A DNA stretch of 64,000 nt. Source: an uncultured Lentisphaerales bacterium (GTDB lineage: Bacteria > Verrucomicrobiota > Kiritimatiellia > RFP12 > CAZZCT01). The notes beneath the pieces were generated by a model, which saw only the letters and a program-made list of their open reading frames with translations, was not told the DNA's origin and did not search any database. The DNA lies in contig CAZZCT010000001.1 in the NCBI GenBank assembly GCA_964652365.1, forward strand, positions 1,593 through 65,592, in the 5' to 3' direction. This document shows, piece by piece, positions 1 through 10,100 of the stretch. Position numbers and translations under genes: made by a program. Numbering within the stretch: position 1 is the stretch's first letter; the number at the start of each line of letters is the position of its first letter.

Positions 1-1052
1 CCGTCGCCTCCGCGCGCGAGAACCTGGCCGAACGCGAAAGCCTGCTGGCCGAGAATGAGCGCCTGCGCCGCCAGCTGGGCGACCGCTACCAGCCCAGCAA
101 CCTGGTGGGCAATGCCCGCTCCATGCGCCAGGTCTACGAGCAGATTGCGCAGGTGGCGGACAGCAACGCCACCGTGCTGATCCGCGGCGAGTCGGGTACC
201 GGCAAGGAGCTGGTCGCACGCGCGCTGCACTATGGCAGCGGGCGCCGCAACGGGCCTTTCCTGGGCGTGAACTGCGCCGCGTTGCCCGACACCCTGATCG
301 AGAGCGAACTCTTCGGACACGAGAAGGGCGCCTTCACGGGCGCGCAGCAGCAGCGCAAGGGCCGTTTTGAGCTGGCCAACGGAGGCACCCTGTTTCTCGA
401 CGAAATCGGCGACATCGCACCGTCTGTGCAGATCCGCCTGCTGCGCGTGCTGCAGGAGCGCACCTTCGAGCGGGTCGGCGGCGATCAACCGGTCACGGTC
501 AACCTGCGGATCGTGACGGCCACCAACCGCAACCTGGAGCAGGCCATCAAGGACGGCCGTTTCCGCGAGGATCTCTACTACCGCCTGAACGTCTTCCCGA
601 TCTACCTGCCGCCGCTGCGCGAACGCAAATCCGACATCCTGTTGCTGGGCGAGCACTTCCTGCGCAAGTACTGCGAGATGTACGGCAAGAATATCCGTCG
701 TATCTCCACCACCGCGATCAACATGATGATGGCCTACCACTGGCCCGGCAACGTGCGTGAACTCGAGAACTGCGTGGAGCGGGCCGTGCTGACGGCCACG
801 GACGACGTGATCCACGGCTATACCCTGCCGCCCACGCTGCAGACCAGCGAGGCCACGCAGACGGCCATCCTGCCGGAGAACGGCGCCAGCCTGCAGACCG
901 TGATCGAAAGCTACGAGCGCGAGATCCTGGTGGACGCCCTCAAGAAACACCGCGGCAACGCCGCCGCGGCCGGCCGCTTTCTCCAGACCACCCCGCGCAT
1001 CATCAACTACCGCATCCGGCAACTCGGCATCGAGCCCAAGGCCTACCGCTAG
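1..1052 (+). CDS. sigma-54-dependent transcriptional activator (bacterial enhancer-binding protein, NtrC/NifA class); 5' end outside the window
   Basis: Frame is open from nt 3, so track ORF 105..1052 is an internal start. Walker A GESGTGKE, sigma-54 contact motif [15 protein letters not shown], Walker [10 protein letters not shown]-terminal Fis-type HTH ([26 protein letters not shown]). TAG stop at 1050..1052. Confidence 0.9.
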   Translation, partial: VASARENLAERESLLAENERLRRQLGDRYQPSNLVGNARSMRQVYEQIAQVADSNATVLIRGESGTGKELVARALHYGSGRRNGPFLGVNCAALPDTLIESELFGHEKGAFTGAQQQRKGRFELANGGTLFLDEIGDIAPSVQIRLLRVLQERTFERVGGDQPVTVNLRIVTATNRNLEQAIKDGRFREDLYYRLNVFPIYLPPLRERKSDILLLGEHFLRKYCEMYGKNIRRISTTAINMMMAYHWPGNVRELENCVERAVLTATDDVIHGYTLPPTLQTSEATQTAILPENGASLQTVIESYEREILVDALKKHRGNAAAAGRFLQTTPRIINYRIRQLGIEPKAYR

Positions 1053-1073
1053 ATTTCCCGTGGCGGGAAATCT
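1051..1073. repeat. conserved hairpin, copy 1: AGATTTCCCG-TGG-CGGGAAATCT
   Basis: Perfect 10-bp inverted repeat with 3-nt loop, read directly. Overlaps the TAG stop of the activator gene and ends 12 nt before the next ATG. Recurs at 2191..2213 and, degenerate and inverted, at 27505..27527. Confidence 0.7.
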
Positions 1074-1085
1074 CAGGAGACGACC

Positions 1086-2192
1086 ATGCACGTGAAAACG
1101 ACCCGGCACCTCGGCCGCGCAGCCTGGGAACTCGACAACGGCACCCTCCAGGTGGTGATGCTGGCCGGCGGCGGCCACATCGCCAAGGTGGCGCTGGCCA
1201 GCCAGCAGGACCTGAACCCGCTCTGGACGCCGCCGTGGCCCACGATCGAGCCGTGGCAGTGTCGCCGCGCCGACGCCGCGCGCTACGGCGGGTCGCCGCT
1301 GCTGGCTTCCGTGAGCGGACATCTGCTCTGCCTGCATTACTTCGGCTCGCCGTCGGCGGCCGAGGCGCAGCACGGTCTCGACGGCCATGGCGAAGCCCCC
1401 CGGGCGCGCTGGAACCTGGTGGAGCGCGCCGTCAGTCCCCGCCATGTCCGGCTGCGCACGCGCTGCGAACTGCCCGTGGCGGGCATGCAGGTGGCGCGCG
1501 CAATCACGCTGCGGCCCGGTTCGCACCTCGTCGAGGTGACCGAGGAGATCACGAACGTGACGGACCGCGACACGCCCTTCACGCTCTGCGAACACGTCAC
1601 CTTCGGGCCGCCCTTCCTCGAGAAGGGGGTCACCTGTTTCGACCTGCCGGCCGATGCCGGCCACACGTTCCCGCGCGAGTTCGGCGCACCCCAGCGCCTG
1701 CGCACCGACACGGCCTTCGACTGGCCCGACGGCCCGGCGGCCGCAGGCGGCACGGTCGACCTGCGCACGATCGGGAAGCGGGCGCGGCGTAACTCGGACT
1801 TCACGACCCAGCACCTGGACGCCGAGCGCGAAGATGCCTGGTTCAGCGCGGTCAACCCGCGCGCCGGACTTCTGATGGCCTACCACTGGCGGCGGCGCGA
1901 TTTCCCGTGGGTCGGCAACTGGGAGGAGAACTTCTGCCGTCGGACCGCACCGTGGGACGGCCGGACCCTGGCCCGCGGCATGGAGTTCGCCAACACGCCC
2001 TTCCCCACCAGCCTGCAGGAGCAGGTCGCGCGCGGCCGGATGCACGGCGACGCGACCGTAGCCTGGCTGCCGGCCCGTTCCACACTGCGGGTGGACTACC
2101 GCATCCTGCTGATGTCCGTCGAGGCGAACGTGCGGGGCGTGGCGGACATCCGCCCCGCGCCCGCGGGACTGGCCGTCGACCTGCTGGTCTAG
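1086..2192 (+). CDS. hypothetical protein, possibly galactose-mutarotase-like fold (weak)
   Basis: 368-aa ORF with AGGAGA 5 nt upstream of the ATG and a non-low-complexity translation. Segments CEHVTFGPPFL and GMEFANTPFP loosely resemble aldose-epimerase-like families. Overlapping ORFs in other frames are Arg/Pro-rich shadows. Confidence 0.6.
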   Translation: MHVKTTRHLGRAAWELDNGTLQVVMLAGGGHIAKVALASQQDLNPLWTPPWPTIEPWQCRRADAARYGGSPLLASVSGHLLCLHYFGSPSAAEAQHGLDGHGEAPRARWNLVERAVSPRHVRLRTRCELPVAGMQVARAITLRPGSHLVEVTEEITNVTDRDTPFTLCEHVTFGPPFLEKGVTCFDLPADAGHTFPREFGAPQRLRTDTAFDWPDGPAAAGGTVDLRTIGKRARRNSDFTTQHLDAEREDAWFSAVNPRAGLLMAYHWRRRDFPWVGNWEENFCRRTAPWDGRTLARGMEFANTPFPTSLQEQVARGRMHGDATVAWLPARSTLRVDYRILLMSVEANVRGVADIRPAPAGLAVDLLV

Positions 2193-2213
2193 ATTTCTCG
2201 TTTCGAGAAATCT
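2191..2213. repeat. conserved hairpin, copy 2: AGATTTCTCG-TTT-CGAGAAATCT
   Basis: Perfect 10-bp stem with 3-nt loop, again starting inside the TAG stop (2190..2192). Differs from copy 1 by C>T in the left arm and the paired G>A in the right arm. Confidence 0.7.
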
Positions 2214-2387
2214 AACGTTTTCTGGCAGCATTTCGTCTGCAGTTGAAGTTCGAGACTCCCGCAGCGGTATTCCGCCGCATGCAGCGACGGTCCGCGTCGG
2301 TGTTCCGCCTCCGTCCGGCACGCTCATGCTGCTGCGCTGGAAAGACCGGGGGGCTGCAAGCGTGTCCTCGGAGCCCACCGCGTCCGA

Positions 2388-3719
2388 CTACACGCGCGCC
2401 AACACAACGCGCCGGCTCGGCGCGACGGCAGCCGCGCGCACCGCTTCGTCCATGCCCGCGAGTTCCGCTGTGGCCGCGGCCAGTGCGGCAGCGCTGCCGT
2501 GGGCCAGTAGGTCCCGGTAGAGGCCGAGCACGTACGGATTCCCCTCGCCCGCCGCCACCATCTGACGCGCTGCGGCCGTCTCGTCGTCCGGCAGTGTCAC
2601 CCCGCGCTGGCGCAGGGCGTACCGGTCCCACATGAGGAACATCCGCGCAGCTGTCGGGTTGCGCACGCGGGTGATGGCCAGGTTGTGCCGGGCTTCGGCC
2701 CGCCGCCAGACCTCGGCCGCCTGTTGGACCTGCGGCGCCTCGGCGACCGCCGCCAGGTCGAGGCCGGTCGCCCACTCCGCCGCCGTCACCGTGACCACCG
2801 GCCTGCCATCCACGGTCAGCGCATACGTGCCGGGCGTCAAGCCGGGCACCGCAAGCAGGTCGCGGTTCAGGTGGCGCCAACGCGACCGCAGCGCGGCAGG
2901 CGCGACGTCCCATGCGGCCGCGGGTGCAGCGCACGGCAGACCACCCGCGCGGACGGTCCACGCCAGCCGACCGCCTGCCGCGTGGACCGCGCTGATCTCA
3001 GCCCGCGTGCGAGTCACCTCGCCAGAGGCGCCGATCACCGTCTCGCCAACACCGGCCGGAACTCCCAGCGCCTCGAGGAGGCTCGCCGCCATCAGCAGGT
3101 GGCCAACAGGCTCCGGATGCACGCGGTCCTCGCGGATGAACGCGGTCAAAGGGGTCGCGGCGATCTCCTCTCGAAGTGCCGACAGGAATGCGGCATGCAG
3201 ATCGACGAACTGTGCGCCGGTCCGCGCCGCCAGTTCCGCTGCCGCCGCTCCCATTACGGCCAGGGCGTCGTCGTAGCCGCAGGGCTCCGTGCTGCCGGCA
3301 AGGCGTGTATACTGATCGTAGACTGTGGGACTGAGCAGGATCACGCGGCGCGTCCCGATCGCCTGTAATCGCGCCACCAGGGCCGCCATATTCGCAACAT
3401 GCTGGCTAATCGCCGCGGCGCGCGCCGCGGCATTGCCGGCCGCGGAGGCCTGGGCGCGGTCATAGAGACCACGGTTGCCGTCGTTCATGCCGAAGAGCAC
3501 GAAGGCCTGCGTGGGGTGGTGCGGCGCGATGTCGTAGTCGAATCGCTGGAGCGCGCCCCCGGCGGTGTCTCCGCTGATCCCGCAGTTGACCCAGCGCACG
3601 CGCCTCTCAGGATGTCGCAGCGTACAGACCGTCGCGAGGAGGGCATGGTAGTGCCCGGCGTGCGTGATGCTGTCTCCGACGAAGAGCACCGTCTCCTGAT
3701 CCTGGGGTTCGAAGGACAT
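2388..3719 (-). CDS. SGNH/GDSL-family hydrolase (carbohydrate-esterase-like) with C-terminal extension
   Basis: Block I VLFVGDSITHAG, block III FGMNDG, block V DRVHPEPVGH. ATG at 3719 (MSFEPQDQ) has GGGAGA 7 nt upstream. The track start at 3821 would add 34 Arg/Cys-rich residues. Confidence 0.8.
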   Translation of the reverse strand: MSFEPQDQETVLFVGDSITHAGHYHALLATVCTLRHPERRVRWVNCGISGDTAGGALQRFDYDIAPHHPTQAFVLFGMNDGNRGLYDRAQASAAGNAAARAAAISQHVANMAALVARLQAIGTRRVILLSPTVYDQYTRLAGSTEPCGYDDALAVMGAAAAELAARTGAQFVDLHAAFLSALREEIAATPLTAFIREDRVHPEPVGHLLMAASLLEALGVPAGVGETVIGASGEVTRTRAEISAVHAAGGRLAWTVRAGGLPCAAPAAAWDVAPAALRSRWRHLNRDLLAVPGLTPGTYALTVDGRPVVTVTAAEWATGLDLAAVAEAPQVQQAAEVWRRAEARHNLAITRVRNPTAARMFLMWDRYALRQRGVTLPDDETAAARQMVAAGEGNPYVLGLYRDLLAHGSAAALAAATAELAGMDEAVRAAAVAPSRRVVLARV

Positions 3720-3747
3720 GTGAAGATCTCCCGTGCAGGTTCGTGCC

Positions 3748-5317
3748 CTATGACCGCTCCCCACGCAGCCAGCATCCGGGGCCGGCCGGAATTCGGATCG
3801 TACCGTCAGGCTCACGGTCAACCGTCTGATCGGACATCACGTCAATCAGGCGACCGTAGCACGCGTCCGCGACGCACAGCACGGCGCCTTGGGCCGCGTC
3901 CCGGTTGATCACAAACCAGTGGTCCACCCCGCCATGCCGTCGACGGAAAACCACTGCGCCCGCGCAATTCCACGGCGGCGGAGGCTGGTCCTCCAGCGCC
4001 GCCGCGGTCAGCAACTCCTCGAAGGCGCGGTTGCCGGCCTGGAAGCAGCGGCTTGCGACCTCGTAAGCGAAGTAGCGGATCTGGCCCGCTCCGATCGCCT
4101 GGCGGATCGCCGCGGGGCGTCCGTCATCAAACCGCGCCGTGACCGTTCCGCGCGTCGGCTCGATTTCGCTGAACTGTCCGGCCACGGCCTGGCCGTTCAC
4201 GGATCGCGGCTCGAACTGGGCGTTGAAGTGGTTCAGCGGATAGGCGCCCACGAGCCGGTCGAACTCGCCGCCCGCACCCTCGGTCCGCACCCGGCCGCAC
4301 TCGTCGAATGTCGCAAACGGCGCGTCCGCCACCACGCGGCCGCCCTGCGTCGCGTAGTGCACAAGCGCGGACATCACCTCGCCTCGCACCACGGCCATGC
4401 CGGGGACGACAAGAACCGGGAAGTGCGCGACGCGTCCCGCCAGCAGTTCGTTATCCGTGACGTACTCGAACGGTATGTTGCGGGTCATCAGGGCGCGCGC
4501 CACGCCCAGCCGGTTACGCGAGTTCTCGTCGCCGTTCCAACCATCCAAGCGCCCCATCTCACGCTCGCCCGAGAACATCTCGGACTCCCAACTCGTCAGC
4601 ACGCCTACGACCGCGTCGGCCCGGGCATCGTACAGTTCGGCGCGATACTGCTGCGCGCGCCGGCAGAACGCCCCGAGCAGCGTGGCGCGCCGCGACGGCG
4701 CGCCTTGCAGGGTGGTCATGCCATACTCGCCGGCCTCGGGTCCGCTGAGCCGGCAGTTCCAGGCCCACAGGCCAATCCCCTGCAGACCGGCGCCAAGATA
4801 GCACATCATCATCTGCCAGCGTCCCGTACTGAGCCTGCAACCACCCCCGAAACAGCTCGTGAAAGCGCAGATCGCTCTCCAACTCCGGAGGGAAGCCGCC
4901 CGGTTCACCGACGCCCTCGTATGCCAGCAGGCAATTCCGGTGCTGGTACCGGTTGACGGCCGCCGCCGCGTATCCCGCGATCAACCGGTGGTACTCCTCC
5001 TCGATCAGGTGCGTGGCTCGCGGAACGTTGTGCGGCGGCAGCGCCATCCAGTCCGCGTACCCGACGCGCAGGTTCGGCATGAGCCGCAGTCCGGCTTCCT
5101 CGGCCAAGTCGAAGATCAGGTCCATGTGCGCAAAGTCGTAACGGTCCTCGCCCAGGTATTTCACGCCGCACCCGCCCTCGCCGCCGCCGAAGCGGATGCA
5201 GTCGAAACCGCAGCCCCGAATGTCGCCAAGGTAGCGGCGCAGGTCCTCGACCGTCGTGCGCTCGGTCACGAAGACGTAGGGGGCAAACGGGAAAGGTTTC
5301 AGTGCATCACATATCAT
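3748..5317 (-). pseudogene. GH42-like beta-galactosidase-type gene disrupted by a frame change and apparent internal deletion
   Basis: Two overlapping ORFs lie in different frames (5395..4559 and 4908..3748). The upstream frame has GFDCIRFG, RYDFAHMDLIFDLAEEAGLRLMPN, YEGVGEPGG and FRGWLQAQYGTL, as in GH42 N-terminal barrels. The downstream frame has GIGLWAWN..GPEAGEYGM plus a trimerisation/GATase-like domain (FPVLVVPGMAVV). Frames switch near 4812..4819, and the segment that normally carries the nucleophile is missing. Confidence 0.55.
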
Positions 5318-5331
5318 GCGATCGACTCCGA

Positions 5332-7107
5332 CTAGTTCACGTTGGTGGCGCTGACGGCGTACGGCGCACCAGGGAATGCCATCACGCCGCCGCACTCAAA
5401 CTCGGCCCGGCCATCGGCACCCATGCCGAAGCGCGCACCGCCGTTGGTGGCATAGACAATCTCGGCGAACCGGTAGTTCAGGACCTGCCGCCCCGCGAAG
5501 TCGGCCACCGTGATGACCGCCGTGTCGGTGCCGTGCGTGTCGGCCATCTCGGCGCAGACCGGGTCCTGCAGACGCGCGTCACGCATACGCCGAATCACGG
5601 TGGCCTGCCGGTCGTCGTAACGGATCCACGCGATCTCGCGGTCGCCGCGCGACACGGCGAGCAGCGTGTCGCGAGAATACTTTTGGTATGTCAGGCAGAC
5701 CGGGTTGCGCCCCACCTGGACGCAGCCGACATACCGGATGTCCCCGGGATCGGTAGCCGCCTCGGTCGCCAGCGAACCAACCGTGTAGATGCCGACCTGC
5801 CCGTCCTGCGAGGCCACGAAGGCGCGCGCCGCGTGGTCGCCGGTCATGCTGGCGAGCACGGCGGTCGGCTGCGGGTGGGACACGACCTTGACGACGCCAG
5901 GCTGCCACTCGGGATCGACCTCAAACGCGTAGGGCCATTGCCGTGGCGCCGAGCCCTGGTCGCGCGTCCTGCGGTAGTTGTCCTCCGTCGTAAAATACAT
6001 CTCGCGCACGCGCCGGAAGAGCGGTTGCAGATCTAGGAATGCCACCTTCTGCTCGTACTTCGCGGCCACGACGGCAAAGCCCGCGCGCGTTACATAGCCC
6101 GCGTTGCTTCCCTTGCTGAAGCTGTCGCGGTCGGCTTGACGGCTCATATCGAACGTGCTGAGCGCACCGGCATGACCGTCGGGACCGTTCACGCGGTTCT
6201 GGACTGTGTCGCCGACAGCGCAAACCGACGTCGGTATCTCGATGCCCGGCAGGTCCACGAAGCCCAGCAGCTTCATCCCGGTCAGGAGCGCCACATTGGC
6301 GAGCGCGGGCTGCGGCTCCTTCCACTCATGGGCGAAACCGGTGCCGCCGCCGGTCAGCGCGATTACCGCGACCTGCCCGGTCCGTGTGCGCGCATCGAAC
6401 ACCGTCACCAGCGCGAACTCGTTCTTGGGTGTGACGGCGATGGCGGTCGGAATCTTCCCGGACGGCAACTGCAGCGTGGGGTTGGTGCCGCGGGCCGTAC
6501 AGGTGCCGGCGGTGGCCAGGAACCCGGACGAGAAGACGATCACGCCGCAGTTGGCCCACACGCCCATGCCGCGCGCGACAGCCACGGGCGCGCCCAGGTC
6601 GCCCACGACCGGTTTCCAACCCGCCGACATCGGTTCGGGCCGGAAACCGCCGTGCCACGGCGGTTCGGGCTTCTCCGAGTAGCAGTTGTTGCTCATCTCC
6701 AGGATCGTCACGCGGTCAACACCCAGTGTGTCACCCGTGTCCGGCACATACAGAACCTGTCCCTGCGTGCTGCTGTAATCGCCGGCGGCACTCGTCCACG
6801 GCCCGCCAATCTGGTACGGCCGCCCACCGGGGTCCTGGCGGGTCGGAGCCAGCCAGATCTCCGGGAACGGCTTCTCGGCCAGGGCCGAAGGCGGATGACA
6901 GGCCGCGTAGTCCGGTCCCAGGCGGCGGTGCCAGCCCTCGCGGCTGAAGTCGGTCAGCTCACGCGCCGCCGCGGCGCGGTCAAACCTGATCGCCTGGACT
7001 GGCGGCGCGGCCTTGGCCGGCGGCAGACTCGGCCGCTCCGGCGCGGCGACAGCGGCCCCGCCGAACACGCTGCACAAGCCTGCTGCTGCGAGGATGATGC
7101 TCTTCAT
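5332..7107 (-). CDS. secreted hypothetical protein (possible beta-propeller), no recognised family
   Basis: ATG at 7107 gives signal-peptide-like MKSIILAAAGLCSVFGGAAVAAP with GAGGG upstream. It starts 11 nt after the stop of the upstream gene. The longer track ORF (to 7389) adds Arg-rich residues overlapping that gene. Confidence 0.7.
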   Translation of the reverse strand: MKSIILAAAGLCSVFGGAAVAAPERPSLPPAKAAPPVQAIRFDRAAAARELTDFSREGWHRRLGPDYAACHPPSALAEKPFPEIWLAPTRQDPGGRPYQIGGPWTSAAGDYSSTQGQVLYVPDTGDTLGVDRVTILEMSNNCYSEKPEPPWHGGFRPEPMSAGWKPVVGDLGAPVAVARGMGVWANCGVIVFSSGFLATAGTCTARGTNPTLQLPSGKIPTAIAVTPKNEFALVTVFDARTRTGQVAVIALTGGGTGFAHEWKEPQPALANVALLTGMKLLGFVDLPGIEIPTSVCAVGDTVQNRVNGPDGHAGALSTFDMSRQADRDSFSKGSNAGYVTRAGFAVVAAKYEQKVAFLDLQPLFRRVREMYFTTEDNYRRTRDQGSAPRQWPYAFEVDPEWQPGVVKVVSHPQPTAVLASMTGDHAARAFVASQDGQVGIYTVGSLATEAATDPGDIRYVGCVQVGRNPVCLTYQKYSRDTLLAVSRGDREIAWIRYDDRQATVIRRMRDARLQDPVCAEMADTHGTDTAVITVADFAGRQVLNYRFAEIVYATNGGARFGMGADGRAEFECGGVMAFPGAPYAVSATNVN

Positions 7108-7117
7108 CGCTTGACCC

Positions 7118-10100
7118 TCATTCACCGCCAACGACCTCTGCGGTACCCCACTGATTCGGCGTCGCCAGGATCTCACCCGGGACATCGGCGACCAGGCCGG
7201 TAGCCTTGTTCGACCAGTAGACGCGCGCAGCGCGGTTGTCTCCCTTGGCGTCGGAATAGACCGCGCCCAGGTCGATCCGGTAGCGCCGGCCTGTCTGCGG
7301 CGTGAATCCGAGCGCTTCCAGCGGTACGGCGGCCTCGACCACGTACCCGCCGCCGCGGCGTACCAGGTTGATGCGCGCCGTTTCCACAATCTCGACGCGG
7401 TCCACGGTGGCGGACCGCCACGGACAGGTGAAGGTGACCGGCCGGCGCTCGCCGGGCGTCTTCCACCGGTAGAGCACGGCCACGGGCTTGCCGTCGTAAA
7501 CCGAGATCAGCAAACGCAGGTCGCCGACCGCAGCGCTGGTGCGGTTAGTGTCGGCCGCAGCGTCCGTGCCGAGTTGGAGGTCCACCGAGTCACCCGTCAC
7601 GAAGAGCTGGTTCACGTCCTTGCCGGCATTCACCATCGGGTTGTCGTCACCCGCCACATCATACCCCAGGTACAGGCTCGCGGCATCGAGGGCCAGCGCG
7701 GCGCGAACCGTGTAGGGGCCGGCCGACCACGTCACGCAGCCGTTGGTCGGGAATCCCCCCAGCCGACCATCGAACGCCGGCACAGCCTTAACACGCGGGA
7801 TGGTGAGCACTGCGGGAGCGGCCGCGCGGCGCGCGCGGCGCTGGGCCAGTCGTTCGGCCTCGGCCAGGGCCTCGGCGGTGAACGTGAGTTTGCCGCCACG
7901 GATGGCCCGCAGCGATTCGAAGCCGTCGAGCCGGATCAGGTTGTAGGCCGTGAACCCGGCGATCAGGTAATAGCGTCCGTCCCGCGCGCGAAAGAAATGG
8001 CCGCCGAACCACTCGCTGCCCATGGTCACGCGCCCGAGTGGCGCGCCAGGCCTGGCTTCGCGCGGCCAGGAGTCGCCCCCCAGCCGGCAGTCCTGGAAGA
8101 CGCTGGCCACCAGCAACCCGTCGAGGGTCATGAGGTAGAGGCGGCCCATGTTGGAGTGCATGGCGAAGACTGTTCCCAGCGCGGTGCCGGCCTTGCCGAT
8201 GCATCCCAGGGTGCCAATCAGCACATCATCGCGGTCAGGCAGCGGCGCCCAGTGCGAGCCGTGCACGCCGGACCAGTTGTCGGCATAGGTCCACAGCACG
8301 GCGCCGTCATCGCGAATGCACGTCAGCGGCGCGCCCACGACGACGCGCCCCTCGGCCGGCAGATAGAGGCAACCGCTCGCATCGGGTGTCGCCAGCACCT
8401 GCTGGCGCGCGAGGTCCCAGCGCGGCGCGCCGCCCGGGGACCAGCCCTGCAGGGGCGTCTTCGTCACCATGGCCTTGCGGCCGCCGTAGGCGCCATAGCT
8501 CTCGCCGGCGAACCCGTAGAGGTTGAAGTCGTCGTCGAGCCAGCAACTGCCGAAGTACCCCGCCACACCAACAGGTTGCTGAAGCGCGTTCCACCCGCTC
8601 CACTGCGAGCCGCTGGCCACCTCGTCGGCCTGCGCGCGGCCGTCGTCGTTCCGATCGGACCAGACGTAGGCGATCGTGGCATACCCGTGGGTTCCAGCCG
8701 GCGGCGGCGGCAGCGGGATGCCGGCCACGGACCCCAGGTCCTTGACGCAGACGTTGCCCATGGCGGCCACGCGCCGCAGCGCGTCGCCCGTGCGCAGGAA
8801 GAGCGCGCCCTCCTTGCTCATGACGTACTCGCGGCCGCGCGCCTTCAGCAACTGGCCGGCGACCGGGCCCAGGGCCGCGACGACCTGTGCGCGGTTCGCG
8901 CGGTAGTCCAACTTGAACTCGCAGCCGCTGCCGAACACGCGCGTCTTGTCGTCCGGGTCGGCATTGGCGCCGCCGCCGCCGTACTGCGTCGGCCCGATGA
9001 AATCGCGTTCGAGGCGCCCCTCCGGCGACCAGACGCTGATGCGCTTGGGCGCGGCATCGTCCTCGGCCACCCAGACCCGGCCACGCGGGTCCACGGCAAG
9101 CGCCGCCGGGTTCAGCAGTCCGTCGGGCTGCCAGGCGCCCGTGCGCGGCCGCCCGCCGGGCTTGCCGATGGCGTTGACGAACCGCCCGCCGCGGTCGTAC
9201 AGCCGCACCTGCTGCGCCTTCGGATCGGAGAGGAAGATGCGGCCGTTCGCGTCCACGGCCATGGCGTTGGCCCATTCGGGCAGGGCCTCGGTGATGACCG
9301 GCACAAGCCGTCCATCCACGAGCTTCGCGACCTGGCCGTCGGTCCAGACGTGCAGCACCCCGGCCGTGTCGAAGGCCAGACAGCCGGGTTTCGGTACACG
9401 CACGTCGCCGGTCTTCGCGGCGCTGTGCGCATCGAAGAACCGCACGACGCTCAGCCCGTTGGTGTCGGTCAGCGAAAGGGCCAGGCAGTTGCTGGTCACG
9501 GCAAAGCCGCCCACCCACGGTTGGGGTGTACCGTCAGCCGCCAGCGGGACCTTGAGCCGCGGCCCCGCAGACGTGTCGAACGGCGCGTAGCGGCCGCTCG
9601 CCAGATCGAGCCGGGCGAGGGCCGGCGGCACGTCCCACGAGCGCAGGAAGACGTAGGCATAGCGGTCGTCGGCAGCCAGCTTGTCGATCCCCGCGAGTCC
9701 GGCGTCGCCCCAGCGCTTGCGCCCGTCCAGATCGGTGGCGATGATGGCACAACCCGATTCGGCGCGCTCGGCCGCGAGCACCAGCGTGTTGCCGCCGCAC
9801 GCCACGGCCCGCGGCGCGCAGTGATCGCTCAGCCAGGCGCCGGTGCCGTCGGCGGTATCCCAGGGGGGCACGCCCGGCGTGCCGTAGGTGGCCTCGTAGA
9901 CTGGCTCGATCCCGCGGTGCACCAGGCCGCGGAAACGGTACTCGCCCGGTGGCGCGAGGCGGCCGCCTTCGTCGATCCCATCCCAGAAGTCGGTGCGGCG
10001 ACCGGCGTGGCGCGGCGCCATGCCGATCAGGTTGCGCACGCGCCGTCCGTCGCGGTCCTCGATCACCAGCGTGGCAAAACCCTCGAACGGCATCGTGTAG

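Noticed and set aside
2212-2961. 249-aa minus-strand ORF, and the N-terminal extensions of many track ORFs (e.g. 7108..7389, 10997..11278, 39876..40154, 56168..56623)
   Set aside because: These are Arg/Pro/Gly-rich and lack SD signals. They overlap neighbouring genes or intergenic hairpins. Internal starts with SD sequences and signal peptides fit better.
4806-4822. Programmed ribosomal frameshift at the GH42-like frame switch
   Set aside because: There is no slippery heptamer or downstream structure, only a GATGATGATG run (in-phase triplets). A large homologous segment is also missing, so deletion and pseudogenisation is the simpler explanation.
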